Shown here: one piece after another, positions 49,981-64,000 of the stretch
Layout of the letters: every line of letters starts with the position of its first letter
Position numbering within the stretch: position 1 is the first letter of the stretch
Assembly: GCF_004010195.1 (NCBI RefSeq)
Contig: NC_057718.1
Coordinates: 96,495,765 to 96,559,764 of the forward strand
Origin: Chiloscyllium plagiosum
Taxonomy: Eukaryota
DNA length: 64,000 bases
Direction: 5' to 3'
Notes under the pieces: generated by a model
The model's input: the letters and a program-made list of their open reading frames with translations, nothing else
What the model was told of the DNA's origin: nothing
The model's database searches: none
Position numbers and translations under genes: made by a program

Positions 49981-52471
49981 GTAATCCTACCCATCCCAGT
50001 TTTGTTGAACTATCACTAGGGCAACTACATGCTTCCTTAGATAAAAAGATCAGAATTCCTGATGCAACTCCATCAAAGCTCTTTATAAAAGCTGCAAGGC
50101 TTGGGGAGGTGATGGTCTAGTGACATTATTGCTGGACTGTTAATCCAGAGAGTCAAGATTAGTGTGGCGTTGGAAAAGCACAGCAGGTCAGGCAACATCC
50201 AAGGAGCAAGAAAATCGACGTTTCGGGCAAAATCCCTTCATCAGAAATGAGGCTGGAAGCATTGGGGATGCAGAGATAAATGGGAGGAGGTGGGGCTGGG
50301 GAGAAGGTAGTTGAGAGTGCACGAGGTGGATGGAGGAAGGTAATAGGTCGGAGAGGAGGATGGAGCGGATAGATGGGAAGAAAGGTAGATAGGTGGAATA
50401 GGTCATGAGGATGGTGCTGAGCTGGATGTTTGGAACTGGGGTAAGATGGGGGCAGGAGAAATGAGGAAACTGGTAAAGCCCACATTGATGCCCTGGGTTT
50501 GAAGGGTTCTGAGGTGGAAGATGAGCTGTTAGTGCTCTGGGGACTCATGTTCAAATCCTGACATAGCAGATGGTGGAATTTGAATTCAATTAAACAGAAA
50601 ATCTGGACTTAAAAGTAATGACATCTGTGAATGAATTGTCAGGAAAAATCCATCCAATTAATTAGTTTCCTTTAGGGAAACTGTCGTCTTTACCTACTCT
50701 GGCATGTGACTCCAAACCCACAGCAATTAGCCTCTGAGTAATTATGGATGGGCAATAAATGCTGGCCTTGCTGGCGATGCCCTCATCCCATGAATGAATT
50801 GAATGAAAGCATCCTTACTGCTGTACTCACATTATCTTGCAATAAAGGCCAAGATACCATTCGCTTTCCAAATTGCTTGCAGCATCTGCACGCTGGCTTT
50901 AATTGCCTTGTGGAGAAGGATGCACTGATCCCTTTGAGTATCAACACTAATATAGAGTGAACATTTAGGGCACCAGTTCTGCTTTCAAGGTGCATAGCTT
51001 GGAATTTCCCTCCTCCACAGACCTATCTTGTTGCAAAGGGCTTGATAACAAGAATTTCTGTTTGGGGAGGGCAGCACTAGGGTTGCCTTGAGTGATCTTG
51101 GAAGCAGATTAGATGTGCTTTTGGGGACTGGGGCAGAATTGTTAGCTGGGCTATCTAATCCTTGTATCGCTTCTTAAAACTGTCAATTAAGAAGTGAATT
51201 CTGCTGAGTTAAGTGCTTTTGGGGATTTTAAAACTGAACCAATCAATCAAATCGTTCTGTTAGAATTGCAGGAAATGATTAGATCATTTACGGTGTGGAA
51301 ACAGGCCCTCTGGCCCAGCAAGTCCACACCGACCCTTCAAAGAGCAACCCACCCTGACCCATTTCCCTCTGATTAATACACCTAACACTATGGGTAATTT
51401 AGCCTGGCCAATTCACCTAACCTGCACATTTTTGGACTGTGGGAGGAAACCCCATGCAGACACGGGGAGAATATGCAAACTCCACACAGATAGTTGTCCA
51501 AGGTAGAAATTGAACCCAGGTCTCTGGCACTGTGAGACAGCAGTGCTAACCACTGTGCCACCATGCCACCCATTACTGTGATGGTAATAGTTTTATTTTC
51601 TATGATGTGATGTCAATCAAAGCCGGGCAGGCGTGGGGTTTCGTGTACTCTAACTGGAAGCTGTGCCTGATTTATATTTCTTTAATAAGGGGTTGGATAT
51701 TTACATAATTTCAGATCACGACACACAAATAAACATTACCTACTCCTAAACAGCATTTATGTTTGGGTCTCTGGCGCTGCGAGGCAGCAGTGCTAACCAC
51801 TGTGCCACCGTGCCGCCCACAAATTATTTACATAATTTCAGATCACGACACACAAATAAACATTACCTACTCCTAAACAGCATTTATGTTTTCCCCATAA
51901 ATTCATGACTCCCACATTGGAGGTTAAGGCCCTTGGCCCATTAAAAATGGGCTTTATTTGAACTCATTAGGTTCAAAGGGCCCTGCTGATTCCAGCCTGC
52001 ATGATTCTTGACTCACCTGCTGCCCCCTCTTGGCTGAAACCAGACAAGAACTTGCGATCCACCATATCTAGAGGCCTTTGGAGTCAGTCAGACTCTGAAA
52101 ACTTGGCCCCTCGTCCAGGGCTTTGAAACCAAAGACTTCAGGCTGAAAGATCAAGGGTTCTACCACTAAGCCAAGCCTGACACCTGTAGTGTAGAGCTTG
52201 AAATACAAGACTGCAAGAGAGGGAAGTTTTGGAACTGTCACTTGTGTTACATGTTAACGCCCCCATGTGTATCGTAGATCTGGAGGGGTCAGTATGCAGT
52301 ATGTCAGCCTCAAGGCTGAATCCTGTGGACTTCAGTCCTGCCCCAGGACTTGTTGATCATATAACATCCTTTTGTGCATCCGTTCAAAACGATGAGCATG
52401 CTAATCATTCTGCAACATTCCCCAAATGAGGACAAAAGTGTGTGAGGAGATACATTTTCTCACTCACACTT

Positions 52472-53075
52472 CAAAGAACAAAGAAAATCTACAGCCCAGG
52501 AACAGGCCCTTCGGCCCTCCAAGGCTGAGCCAATCCAAATGTACTGTCTAAACCTGTCGGTCAATCCAAGCCTGAGCTGATCCAAATGTACTGTCTAAAC
52601 CTGTCGGTCAATTCCTAAGCATTTGTTTCCCTCTGCTCCCCATCTGTTCAGACGCATCTTAAATGAATCTACTGTGCCTGCCTCTACCACCTCTGCTGGC
52701 AACACGTTCCAAACGCCTACCACCTTCCATACCAGGCAACATCCTCATAAACTTTCTCTGCACCTTCTCCAAAGCACCCACATCCTTTTGGTAATGTGGT
52801 GCCCAGAACTGTACACAGTATTCTAAATGCGGCCAAACCAATGTCTTGTACAATTTTAACATGACTTGCCAGCTCTTATACTCAATACCCCATTCAATGA
52901 AGGCAAGCATACTATATGCCTTCTTGACCACTCTATCCACCTGTGCAGCCAGCTTCAGGGTACAATGGACCTGCACTCCCAGATCTCTCTGCCCATCAAC
53001 TTTTCCCGAGGCTCTTCCATTCATTGTATAATTTGCTCTATAATTAGACTTGTCTAAATGCATCACCTCATACTT
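52472..53075 (-). mobile_element. CR1 LINE fragment (same subfamily as 59262-60008)
   Basis: RDLGVQVH...LEYCVQFWAP; internal deletion and a ~45-bp tandem duplication near 52520-52610. Confidence 0.9.
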
Positions 53076-53199
53076 GTGTTTCCCCTTTCAACTCTTCCTT
53101 ATTTTGTCATGTACTATTTGAATGCAGAAGTATTGACCCATAATCATTGCTTTTGAAACAGCTCTATGGTATTACTCAGCTGCCCTGGATTGGATGGTT

Positions 53200-53772
53200 G
53201 GAGTGAGATAATTCTACCAAGGTCAGTATCCTGTCACCAAGTCACCCTTTGTTTACATGCGCACAGTAAGTGACACTGACCCAGCTAGCTCAGAACCAGC
53301 TCTTAGAATGAGCAGAACCCCTTACACTCCTGTTTATTTTTTTTTCTCTTTTTTTTCTTTTTTTTTAAACCCCCACACTACCACCTAAGTGCGGTAGTGC
53401 TTATTTTATCCCCAGCACCCATGGTGTGTGTGTGCAGGTGTGAGACACAGTGAAAGACACAAAGTGCACGAATCTTTATTCAATTTCCACCACCAGGAAG
53501 ATAGGAAAACACCCGGGTGGCCAGTGACAAACACTGCCCTTCACATCAAAGGGGAGTGCTGTGTGATCAAAACAGTGAAGGGGAGGGTAGGGACTAAATC
53601 AAAATAGAGTTGGAGGGAGAAATGATGCACTCCACTCCCTGCGGCGCCCACCTCTCCCTGAACAACTTACACTCCTGTTTATATCTGTCAGCCAGGGCTC
53701 CCTGATTGGACCAGGTTAACAGCCCCAGTCAGCAAATCCATTCTATGACATCCACTTGGCTAACTTTGTTCT
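53200..53772 (-). mobile_element. Probable solo LTR carrying a Tx1 3' insertion (53338-53665)
   Basis: Minus strand begins TGTAGT with CCAAT and TATAAA. The insert has a poly(A) tail, reads LFRERWAPQGVECIISPSNSILI*, and has a perfect 17-nt TSD cttacactcctgtttat at 53321 and 53666. Confidence 0.7.
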
Positions 53773-54374
53773 AATAACTACAAGATAGTAACTCCCTAAA
53801 CATTAGCAGTTTTCTCCAAGAACACCAGCTGACAGCCTTTCATGAATCTCCAATGAGCAATTCTTGCTTTGATGGTGTTATGATGTCTTTCTCTGTATTA
53901 GCAGTTTGGACACCTCAGAACTTCATTTGCAATTCCAGTAGCATTGACTCAACACTGAGCAACATTGCTTCCTGAAGCTTATCGTAAGAAAAGGCAATTG
54001 GGTCCCAGACAGTCCTGTCGAATGGACCCACGGCCAAGATTGTCAGTAAAAATCTAGAGGAGGATCTGCACAACGTAACTGTAACTCTGTAACGTATTTT
54101 GTCAGCTGCATTTATCTGGGCAAGTGAAAGTAAAATGTAAAATTGGATTATACCTCCGTTTCAGTTATGGGGCGAAGATAAAGCTACTGCATGGAGGAAT
54201 AAATGGAGCTTATTGGATGAATATCTCACAAACTAAAGCAAAGGTAAAGTTGCCATAGTCCCAGAGGACCATGTAGGGGGCATTGTGAAGAGATCCTAGT
54301 TTGATTCATGGTGTCTGTTAAGTTACTTTGACTGACTGGAGGTGACAGATAATCTCAGACTTTCACATCCTTAG

Positions 54375-55118
54375 AGTCATAGAGTCACCGAGATGTACAG
54401 CACAGAAACAGACTCTTTGGTCCAACTTGTCCATGCCAACTAGATATCCTAAATTAATCTAGTCACATATCACTCTAAACCCCTCCTATTCATATACCCA
54501 TCCAGATGCCTTTTAAATGTAATCATTGTACCAGCCTCCACCACTTTCTCATTCCATGCACGCACCACACTCTGCACGGAAGCATTGTCCCTTGGGTCCC
54601 TTGTAAATCTTTCCCCTTTCACCCTAAACCCATGCCCTCTAGTTCTGGACTCCCCGACCCCAGGGAAAAGACTTTGTCTATTTACCCTATCCATGCCCCT
54701 CATGATTTTATAAACCTCTATAAGGTCACCCCTCAGCCTCCGACATTCCAGGGAAAACAGCCCCAGCCTGTTCAGCCTCTCCCTGTGGCACAAATCCTCC
54801 AACCCTGGCAACATCCTTGAAAATCTTTTCTGAACCTTTTAAAGTTTCACAACATTCTTCCTATAGGAGGGAAGCTAGAATTGCATGCAACATTCCAAAA
54901 GTGGCTGAGCCAATGTCCTGTACAGCTACAAGATGACCTCCCGACTCCTATACTCAATGTTCTGGTGAATAAAGGAAAGCATACCAAATGCCTACTTCAC
55001 CATCCTATCTAACTGTAATTCCACTTTCAAGGAGCTACGAACCTGCACTCCAAGATCTCTTTGTTCAGCAACACTCCCTAGGACCTTACCATTAAATGTG
55101 TAAGTCCTGCCCTGATTG
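54375..55118 (-). mobile_element. CR1/HER1 LINE 3' fragment
   Basis: RLNRLGLFSLECRRLRGDLIEVYKIMRG. Confidence 0.92.
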
Positions 55119-56501
55119 AGGCCTAGAGCTGGAAAATCAGTCGGTGCACATGATCATGTTTAGATGTGATGGCCGTGTAGTCTGAATAGTGGTAAATATC
55201 CACTTTCCAGGGACACACACTAACAGATATCAATGGTTCGCTATTGTTCCTGCACAATAAGCCTGATACAGGCTTGAAGAGGAGGCAGGAGAAAGTGAGG
55301 ATTGCAGATGCTGGAGATCAGAGCTGAAAATGTGTTGCTGGAAAAGCGCAGCAGGTCAGGCAGCATCCAAGGAGCAGGAGAATCGACGTTTCAGGCATGA
55401 CCCCTTCTTCAGGAGGCAACACATTGAGTAGTGAAACAACAGAGGTGAAAGCTGAAAGACAAAATAAAACTACAAGGCTTTGGGGTAGCCTTCAGCAAAA
55501 TGCCTGTGGGTAGAGTGAAGGCCGACTCTCTTACATTTATCTGGTACAGCAGTTCCCTTAAGAGCCATGAACAGTATCAGGGTTGGATTTAGTTGATGGC
55601 TCTCAGTCAGTCCTTTCAAATTGTTCTCCTCCACAGGAAGCTAGTGGATCATTTTTGAAGAAATACTCATGCTAACAGTAGGATTAAAGTTCAGCTCACT
55701 GCACCTGGGTTTCATTTCACTGTCTTGCACCTGTTCCCCCTCTAATGGGTGGAATAATACATCCATTTCCTTCTCCTCCTTTACTCTACTCACTGACAAC
55801 TGTCGCATTCTTGCTATAATTACAAATAATACTGCTCATTTTTTCTCTCTGCTACTCCATCACTGCCTCGTGATTTTATTCCTATTGTGTTTTGTTCTCG
55901 ACACACACAGATGTTTTGAATAAGCTGTTGTAAAGCTCAAATACCCAACTGCAGACCTTGACCCCTTGTACACACATCCGAATTATAGCTCTTTCACCGA
56001 AGAGAGGTTTCTCTTCAAGTCTGAGACAACAATTGACCAGACTCTTGTAACCCAATCTTTTTTGTTAAAATGAAATTTGAAGGGTTTCTCGACACTGAAA
56101 TGATTGCAAAGCAATCTGGTTATAGACACCTTACATTTACGGGCAGAATGATGGAAGCAATAATTCCTCTGGAGTTCAGCATGTTCTTTCATCCTTCCAT
56201 CTTCCCTTAGACTCTTTGCTCAGTGATTTTGAAAATCTTAACTAAAGGAAGCAAATCTTTATTTTAAGATTGTTGATATCTGCAAAAATTCATTAATTGC
56301 AAGTTTTGTGTATAGATGGAAGTTAGCAGGTTAATTAGCTACAGGCCAATGCTAAAATTGGGACTTATCTAGTTTACAACATGGCCATTGTCAGCAGACC
56401 TGTAAGGCACAACAGTGTCCAGAGGCACACAGGCTCATCTGGAGAAATGATCTTTGCTGGCCATTTAAAGCACAAAGTGAAGGGTCAAAGAGTTCTGAAG
56501 A

Positions 56502-57890
56502 ACATAAGATCTCATGATGCAGTTGTATAAGACTCTGGTGCGGCCGCATCTGGAGTATTGTGTGCAGTTTTGGTCGCCATACTATAGGAAGGATGTGGAG
56601 GCACTGGAACGGGTGCAGAGGAGGTTTACCAGGATGTTGCCTGGTATGGTAGAAAGATCGTATGAGGAAAGGCTGAGGCACTTGGGGTTGTTTTCATTGG
56701 AGAAAAGAAGGTTTAGGGGTGACTTGATAGAGGTGTACAAGATGATTAGGGGTTTAGATAGGGTCGACAGTGAGAATCTTTTTCCACGTATGGAGTCAGC
56801 TATTACAAGGGGGCATAGCTTTAAATTAAGGGGGGGTAGGTATAGGACAGATGTTATGGGTAGGTTCTTTACTCAGCGAGTCGTGAGTTCATAGAATGCC
56901 CTGCCAGCAGCAGTGGTGGACTCTCCCTCATTATGGGCATTTAAGCGGGCATTGGATAGGCATATGGAGGATAGTGGGCTAGTGTAGGTTAGGTGGGCTT
57001 GGATCGGCGCAACATCGAGGGCCAAAGGGCCTGTACTGCGCTGTATTCTTCTATGTTCTATGTTCTATGTTCTATAAGAACTAGGAACAGGAGTACACCT
57101 TCTAGCCCTTTGAGCCTACTCCACCATTCAATACGATCATGGCTGATCTTTTCATGGACTCAGTTCCACTTGCCTGCCCCCTTACCATAGCCCTTAATTC
57201 CTTAACTGTTCAAACATTTATTCACTTTAGCTTGAAAAACACTTACTGAGGAAGCTTCAACTGCTTCCCTGGGCAGGGACTTCCATAGATTTACAACCCT
57301 CTGGGTGAAGAAGCTCCTTCTCAATTCAGCCCTAAATCTGCTCCCCCTAATCTTGAGGCTATGCCTTCTTGTCCTAGTTTCACCTGCCAGTGGAACCATC
57401 TTCTCTATGTCGGTCTTATCGATTCCCTTCACAATTTATATGTTTCTGTAAGATCCTCCCTCATTCTTCTAAATTCCAATGAATATAATCCCAATCTACT
57501 CAGTCTCTCATCATAAGCCAACCCCCTCAACTCTGGAATCAATCTCGTGAACTTCCTCTGCGCCTCTTCTAGTACATCCTTTCTCAAGTAAGGAGACCAA
57601 AACTGCACACAGTATTCCTCACCAGCACCCTGTATAGCTGCAACATAACTTCCCTGTTTTTAAGCTCAGTCCCTTTAGCAATGAAGGACAACATTCCATT
57701 TGCCTTCCTAATTACCTGTTGTACCTGCAGACCAACCTTCTGTAATTCCCGCACAAGGACACCCCAGTCCCTCTGCACAACAGCATGCTGCAATTTCTTA
57801 CCATTCAAATAACAGTCCTTTTTACTGTTATCCCTACTGAAATAATTGACTTCATATTTATTAACATTGTACTCCATCTGCCAGACTTTT
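56502..57890. mobile_element. Tail-to-tail CR1 LINEs (+ ~56502-57075, - ~57075-57890)
   Basis: LVRPHLEYCVQFWSP with a (ttctatg)n tail; FFTQRVVNLW on the minus strand. Confidence 0.92.
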
Positions 57891-59261
57891 CACCGTCCTC
57901 TGCACAGTTTTCTCTACCACTCTAAGACTCATATGGGAAATCATCATAAAATGCCTACAGATTGGAGGCATGCCATTTGGCCTATCGGGTCCATACCAAT
58001 GCTCCAATGAGCATCCGACCCAGACCTACCCTCCCCACCCTATACCTTTGATTGATTGATTGATTAATTGATTTATTTACACGTGCACTGAATTACAGTG
58101 AAAAGCTTTGTTTATGAGCAGATCAGGCAGATCATAGTAAGCAAGGATGTACAGAACAAATGATGAACTTAAGTTTAAAAGTGTAGAATGGTTATAAGAA
58201 ATTTTAGAGTCAGATCTGCTGTAGGGAGAGTCGCACAATATTGGTGCCATCTTGTCGCCATTTCCCAAACATCCTTGGACACTATGGGTAATTTAGCTTG
58301 TCCAATCCACCTATCCTGCACATCTTTGGATTGTGGGAGCGCCTAGAGGAAACCCATGCAGACATGGGGAGAATATGCAAAATCCACACAAGAGGGTGGA
58401 ATTGAACCCGGGTCCCTGGCTCTGGAAATGTTAACTCTGTGTTTTTCTCTCCACAGATGCTGCCAGTCCTGCTGAGTGTTCTTTCTTATTTATTTATTTT
58501 GTGGGATGTTGGCAGCATTGGTGGGGTCAGCATTTGTTGCCCATCCCCGAGTTGCCCTTGAGAAGGTGGGGGTGAGCTGCCTTCTTGAATCGTTGCAATC
58601 CATCTGCTGTGGGTTGACCCACAATGCCGGTAGGGAGGAAATTTCAAAATTTTTACTCAGCTACACTTATGAAAATGGCGATATATTTCCAGGTCAGGAT
58701 GGTGAGTGGGTTGGAGGGAAACTTGAATGTGGTGGTGTTCCTGCATACAGTGCATGTTGGTGTATTGTGACAATTGTGTTCCTCTGTAACCTCACACAAT
58801 AGAAAATCATGTTGTAGAAAATCATGCTGAAGAAAATCATGCTGTAGAAGATTGCTGTAGAAAAACTCTACTCCCATTTAGTAGAAAGTTTGCATTATCC
58901 AAACAGCGTCCACAATTCATCAATCGCATTATAGCCAATTTGTGCCACTTAAATACGTGTTATACCAGAATGACCTATATCTGCTGCCCCTGTCCTTCTA
59001 GATGGAAGTGGTCATGGGTTTGGAAGGTGCAGTCTGAGGATCTTTGGTGAATTTCTGTGAGGTTCTCCAGTGCTTTCTGTTTTTATTATAGAATTGAAGA
59101 ATTATTGCCTGGCTGTTAATAAGTTGTGATGTACGCATATGCCAACTCATTACATTGTAATGAATATTGCTGCCACGATTTCAATAGGTATAGGAATCTG
59201 CAGATCTGTTTGTGTTGTATGTGTACCTTGCTGTAGAGTTCAGCTGTAAGAACTTGATGTA

Positions 59262-60008
59262 AGAACAAGAACAAAGAGCAAAGAAAATTTACAGCCCAGG
59301 AACAGGCCCTTCAGCCCTCCAAGGCTGAGCCAATCCAAATGTACTGTCTAAACCTGTCGGTCAATTCATAAGCATTTGTATCCCTCTGCTCCCCACCTAC
59401 TCATGCATCTGTCCAGATGCATCTTAAATGAATCTACCATGCCTGCCTCTACCACCTCTGCTGGCAACGCGTTCCAAATGCCCACCACCCTCTGTGTGAA
59501 GTACTTGCTGCGTATATCCTCCTTAAACTTTCCACCTCTCACCTTGAAAGCGTGACCTCTGGTTATTGAATCCTTCACCATGGGAAAAAGCTTGTCTCTA
59601 TTCACCCTGTCTATACCCTTCATGATTTTGTAAACTTCAATCAGGTCCCCGTCAATCTCCTTTTCTCTTGTGAAAATAAACCTAACCTACTCAACCTCTC
59701 CTCATAGAAAGCACCTTCCATACCAGGCAACATCCTCGTAAACTTTCTCTGCACCCTCTCCAAAGCACCCACATCCTTTTGGNNNNNNNNNNNNNNNNNN
59801 NNNNNNNNNNNNNNNNNNNNNNNNTTATACTCAATACCCCGTCCAATGAAGGCAAGCATACTATATGCCTTCTTGTCCGCTCTATCCACCTGTGCAGCCA
59901 GCTTCAGGGTACAATGGACCTGCACTCCCAGATCTCTCTGACCATCAACTTTTCTCAAGGCTTTTCCATTCATTGTATAATTCGCTCTATAATTAGATTT
60001 GCCTAAAC
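59262..60008 (-). mobile_element. CR1 LINE 3' fragment (contains gap 59783-59823)
   Basis: YFTQRVVGIWNALP and LERVQRKFTRMLPG. Confidence 0.92.
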
Positions 60009-60169
60009 GTACTGTGTGAATATTATACAGTACTATAAAATGTTAATCTGACTATATTTACTTCAAAACTTCTCCCTACAGTCCCAGCTGCATAACAATG
60101 GAGCTGGAATCATTCCCTTTAGTTTTTAAGAGTTGTGTTTTTAATACCTATCTATTTGCGAAAAGAGTT

Positions 60170-61125
60170 CTGGTCAAGACGGCCACAAATCACTGGAGAT
60201 GATTTCGTAAAAAATTATTTGCAAGTTCACCAGCACAACGGCAGAGTCTCCTGAGAAAGATCCAAGGTTATGACTGTGATCTTGGGTATAAACCGCATAA
60301 TCTACTGGGCACATGGCAACATGCCAGCCGACCTGGTGAAAACAGAAGATGTACCTTTGACTCTGCAAGTTGACTTTGTTGATACCGAACTTGAAGATGT
60401 GCTCCAAAACGCAAACACTCGCAGCTACAGGAAGAAACTGCTGAAGTTTCACATGATAGAAACTGTGGAAAAAACATTGTCAAAAAATGACCTGATTCAA
60501 TTCAGCATGCCCATAAACACTTGAGACCATCTTAGCCTTTTCAAGGTGAGCTGGGAATCCTCCCAAGGAGTCACACTTAAAAGATGGCTGAAAATCACAC
60601 CAGAATCCTTGCTACCTGATGCTGTTCAACAATGTCATCAGTCACACATGGGCCTCACACACCACACTCTTGTCCAATAGATTGGACAAGAATGTTCACC
60701 AAGAGAGTCGGTGTTTTGGCTGAGCATCAGCAGTGACATGGGAACCATGTCAAGAGAATATGCCAAGTCAGCACTGATGCTGCATGACGTATCTGAACAT
60801 CCTTGGTCCAACAATTTTCACGTCCGTGGAAGTGACCAGCTCATCATCATGAACAGCTCTACCAAGTATCCTGTCACTCATCAAACATACAATACTTCAA
60901 GTCCAACTGCCAGGCAAACTCTAACTCCAGTTTTAATTTATTTGGCACCCCGAGAGGGGTCATTGCAGATAATGGCACATAATTTTTCTTGACTTTCTCT
61001 CCACATTGTCATGGGTCTATCTGAATGCATGATTCACACAGTCAAAAATCCAATCCTCAAATGTAGACTGACCAAGCAAGATTGACACATTGCAATGTTA
61101 CATTTGAGAGCAACATCTCTGAAAA
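60170..61125 (+). mobile_element. Degraded Ty3/Gypsy pol (RNase H end and integrase)
   Basis: Across frames: YDCDLGYKP, PESLLPDAVQQCHQSHMG (zinc-finger H-x3-H), ESVFWLSISSD, LHDVSEHPWS. Confidence 0.75.
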
Positions 61126-62119
61126 AAATCACCAGTTGGGTTCACCTTCGGCATTATAGTATATAACATGTCCTCAGAGTACTTCTTTGTAATTCAAGAA
61201 CAACTTGTAAAGTAGACTCTGTTGGACTTTAATCTGGCGTCATGTGACTTCTGACTTTGTCCATCCCAGTCCAACACTGGGACCTCCACCTCTATATCCT
61301 GGGGGTTACCATTGACCAGAAATCAAACTGGACTAGCCATTTAAATACTATGGCTACAAGATCAGATCAGAGGCTAGGAATCTTGCAGGAAGTAATTCAC
61401 CAGTCTTAGTCTATCCAGCATCAAGAAGGTACGATCAGGGCTGTGATGGAATGCACTGCACTCCGTTCACATCACCTATTAAATCTGTGTCAGAACTTGA
61501 TAAAGTTTTATTGCTGCAGTGTGTCAGGTATCTTTTATATCTGTTGTGTTGATTGCTGTGCCCTGGTCTTTTCCTGGCACATGCAAGGTTTGGCTGTTAA
61601 CACTGTTTATTAGCGTTTTGTGATTTGAACTGGAGAGTTGTTGAAATAGCAATGCTTTAAAAATTCATGGTAGCCAGCTGCTATTGTCTGTAGTTGTTTT
61701 TATTTCCACATGTGGTACAAATAATACTTCAGTTTCGTAATTTTACAGCTTGGATGATTAAAGGTTAAATAATATAACATGTGTTTGAACTCTCAATGGC
61801 TCTTATTTTTACTGTGTCTGATATATTATTCCCAATTTAGACTCTGCTTTAACCTGAGAGGCCTGTGCTCAGGCACATTAACCTGACTAAAGGCAAACAA
61901 CCTGCAAACTATAAGAAATCTGTGGAAAATGAGAAGAAATGTTCTTCCTGTGAGTGCTACGCTCCAAGAAAAGTCTGTTTTCCGCATCTCATCCACTTGC
62001 CATTCCTATGTAGAACTATATGAACTAAACAGTGCACTTCAGGATCACTTAATGATACTACCAGGCTAAAGCATTGCAGTTTATCTTGAATTTAGGAAAA
62101 TAAAGCAGCTTCTGAAATT

Positions 62120-62420
62120 GGGGTGGTACAGTGGTTAGCACTGCTGCCTCACAGCGTTCGATTCCAGCCTCAAGCGACTATCTGTGTGGAGTTTACACAT
62201 TCTCCCTGTGTTTGCATGGATTTCCTCCCACAGTCCGAAGATTGTGTGGGTTAGGTGGATTGGCCATGCTAAATTATCCCATAGTGTCAGGGGGGGGGGG
62301 GTTAACAATGGGAAATGCAGGATTACAGAGATGGGGTGAGTCTGGGTGGGATGCTCTTCAGAGGGTTGCTGTGGACTTAATGGGCTGAATGGCCTGCTTC
62401 CGCACTGTGGGGATTCTATG
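62120..62420 (+). mobile_element. HE1 SINE
   Basis: HE1 head, core and tail. Confidence 0.85.
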
Positions 62421-63149
62421 CAATCAAAACGAGTCAAATTCAGATAATGTGAAAAATCCATGATATTGAGGTGCTGGTGTTAGATTGGGGACTGGATGAA
62501 GTTGCACAACACCAGGTTATAGTCCAGCAGGTTTATTTGAAATCACAAGCTTTCAGAGTGCTGCTCCTTCGACAGGTGAAGCAGAGGGATGCACACAGGT
62601 GCAGAATTTATAAGCAGAGAGATAATGGCACAATAATTCCACATAATTAATCCGTGCCTATGAGCTTCCTGCCACACTCCAGAATGTTGCACGGGAACAC
62701 CAAGACAACCCATTTGTCTGCATTGACGACATGGTGAGTTGTATCGCTGTTGGCTAAAGGCAGCGCGCTAAACAGGAAAAGTAAAGGCAGAAGGCTGGAG
62801 ATTAAGAGGGGATTTGAGGAAACTTTTTTCTCACACAGAGGCTGGAACGCACTGCCTGGGATGGTTTTGGAGGTGGATTAACTCCTATCTTTAAAAAGTA
62901 CTTGGATGAGCGCTGAAATGGATAGGACAAGTGCTGGAAAGTGGGACGAGCATCGATTTAGCATGGCTTTGGTAGACTCGATGGGCTGAAGGGTCTGTTT
63001 TGTGCTGCATGATTCGATGATAACTGAGATTTTTCAGACCCAGCTCCCGACATTTTTCAATGTCGTTTCCTGTACCAGGTGAATCAAAGTAAGGCTTGGA
63101 AACAAGTTGAATGTTTTGGAAGGTTGAGGTGATGGTGGGGGGGGGGGTG

Positions 63150-63925
63150 TAATTGAAACGTACAGGATACTGAAAGCCTTGGAGTGAGTGACACTACCTC
63201 AGAGAGAGGGGATGATCCTTTCAAACTGAGATGGGGAGGAACGTCTTCAGCCAGAGGGTAGTGAATCTGTGGAGCTCATTGCCACAGAAGGCTGTGTGGA
63301 GGCCAATCCATTGAGTGTGTCTAAAGCAGAGATAGATGGGTTCTTGATGAATAAGGGGATCAAGGGTTATATGGAGAAGGCAGGAGAGGGCGGCACTGTG
63401 GCTCAGTGGTTAACACCGCTGCCTCACAGCACCGGGGACTTAGGTTCGATTCCAGCTTCGGGTGACCGTCTGTGTGGAGTTTGCACGTTCTCCCCGTGTC
63501 TGCGTGGGTTTCCACCGGGCGCTCCGGTTTCCTCCCACAGTCCAAAGATGTGCAGGTCAGGTGAAGTGGCCGTGCTAAGTTGCCCATAGTGTCAGGTGCA
63601 TTTGTCAGAGGGAAAATGGGTCTGGGTGGGTTACTCTTCAGAGGGTCAGTGTGGGCTTGTTTGGCTAAAGGGCCTTTTTTCACACTGTAGGGAATCTAAT
63701 CTAAGTTGAATTGGGTTGAGAAATGTATCAGCCATGATCAAGTGGCAGTGTTGACTTGATAAGGTCAATGGCTGAATTCCACTCCTTTCTCTCCTATTTC
63801 TTGATGAAGGGCTTATGCCCGAAACATCGATTCTCCTGCTCCTCAGATGCTGCCTGACCTGCTGCGCTTTTCTAGCACTGCACTCTCAACTCTGAATTCC
63901 AGCATCTGTAGTCCTCTCTTTCTCC
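63150..63925 (+). mobile_element. CR1 fragment with a nested young HE1 (~63387-63705) and an adjoining Penelope terminal repeat (~63800-63925)
   Basis: CpG-rich HE1 splitting CR1 3' sequence; tgatgaagggcttatgcccgaaac. Confidence 0.85.
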
Positions 63926-64000
63926 TATCTTACGGTCCATGTTTCACACATTTACTGCTTTTGTGCCTCTTCCTTCGGGATTCTTTGCTTCCATGAAATA

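Overview
Eukaryotic, repeat-dense genomic DNA, most likely from a shark or other elasmobranch. The evidence is abundant HE1 SINEs, HER1/CR1 LINEs, DeuSINEs and Penelope-like elements with hammerhead ribozyme cores, plus Rex1, L2, Tx1, Tigger-like MITEs and Gypsy remnants. There are three assembly gaps. I found no intact protein-coding gene, and most long ORF-track entries are retroelement fragments or microsatellite artefacts. Reading splice sites and all frames in the non-repeat islands shows two multi-exon gene relics that the ORF track misses. (1) On the + strand at ~36.45-45.74 kb is an interleukin-7-like gene. Its exon order and several motifs match IL-7 (signal peptide, GxFLxxxARKL, LLxxCTxQ, LCxLxR..TxW), but it is disabled by frameshifts, stops and a SINE insertion. 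(2) On the - strand at ~22.8 to 7.4 kb is an unidentified, large multi-exon pseudogene with phase-compatible splice junctions and few stop codons. IL-7 comparisons use my recollection of the human sequence, not a database search. Repeat boundaries are approximate.
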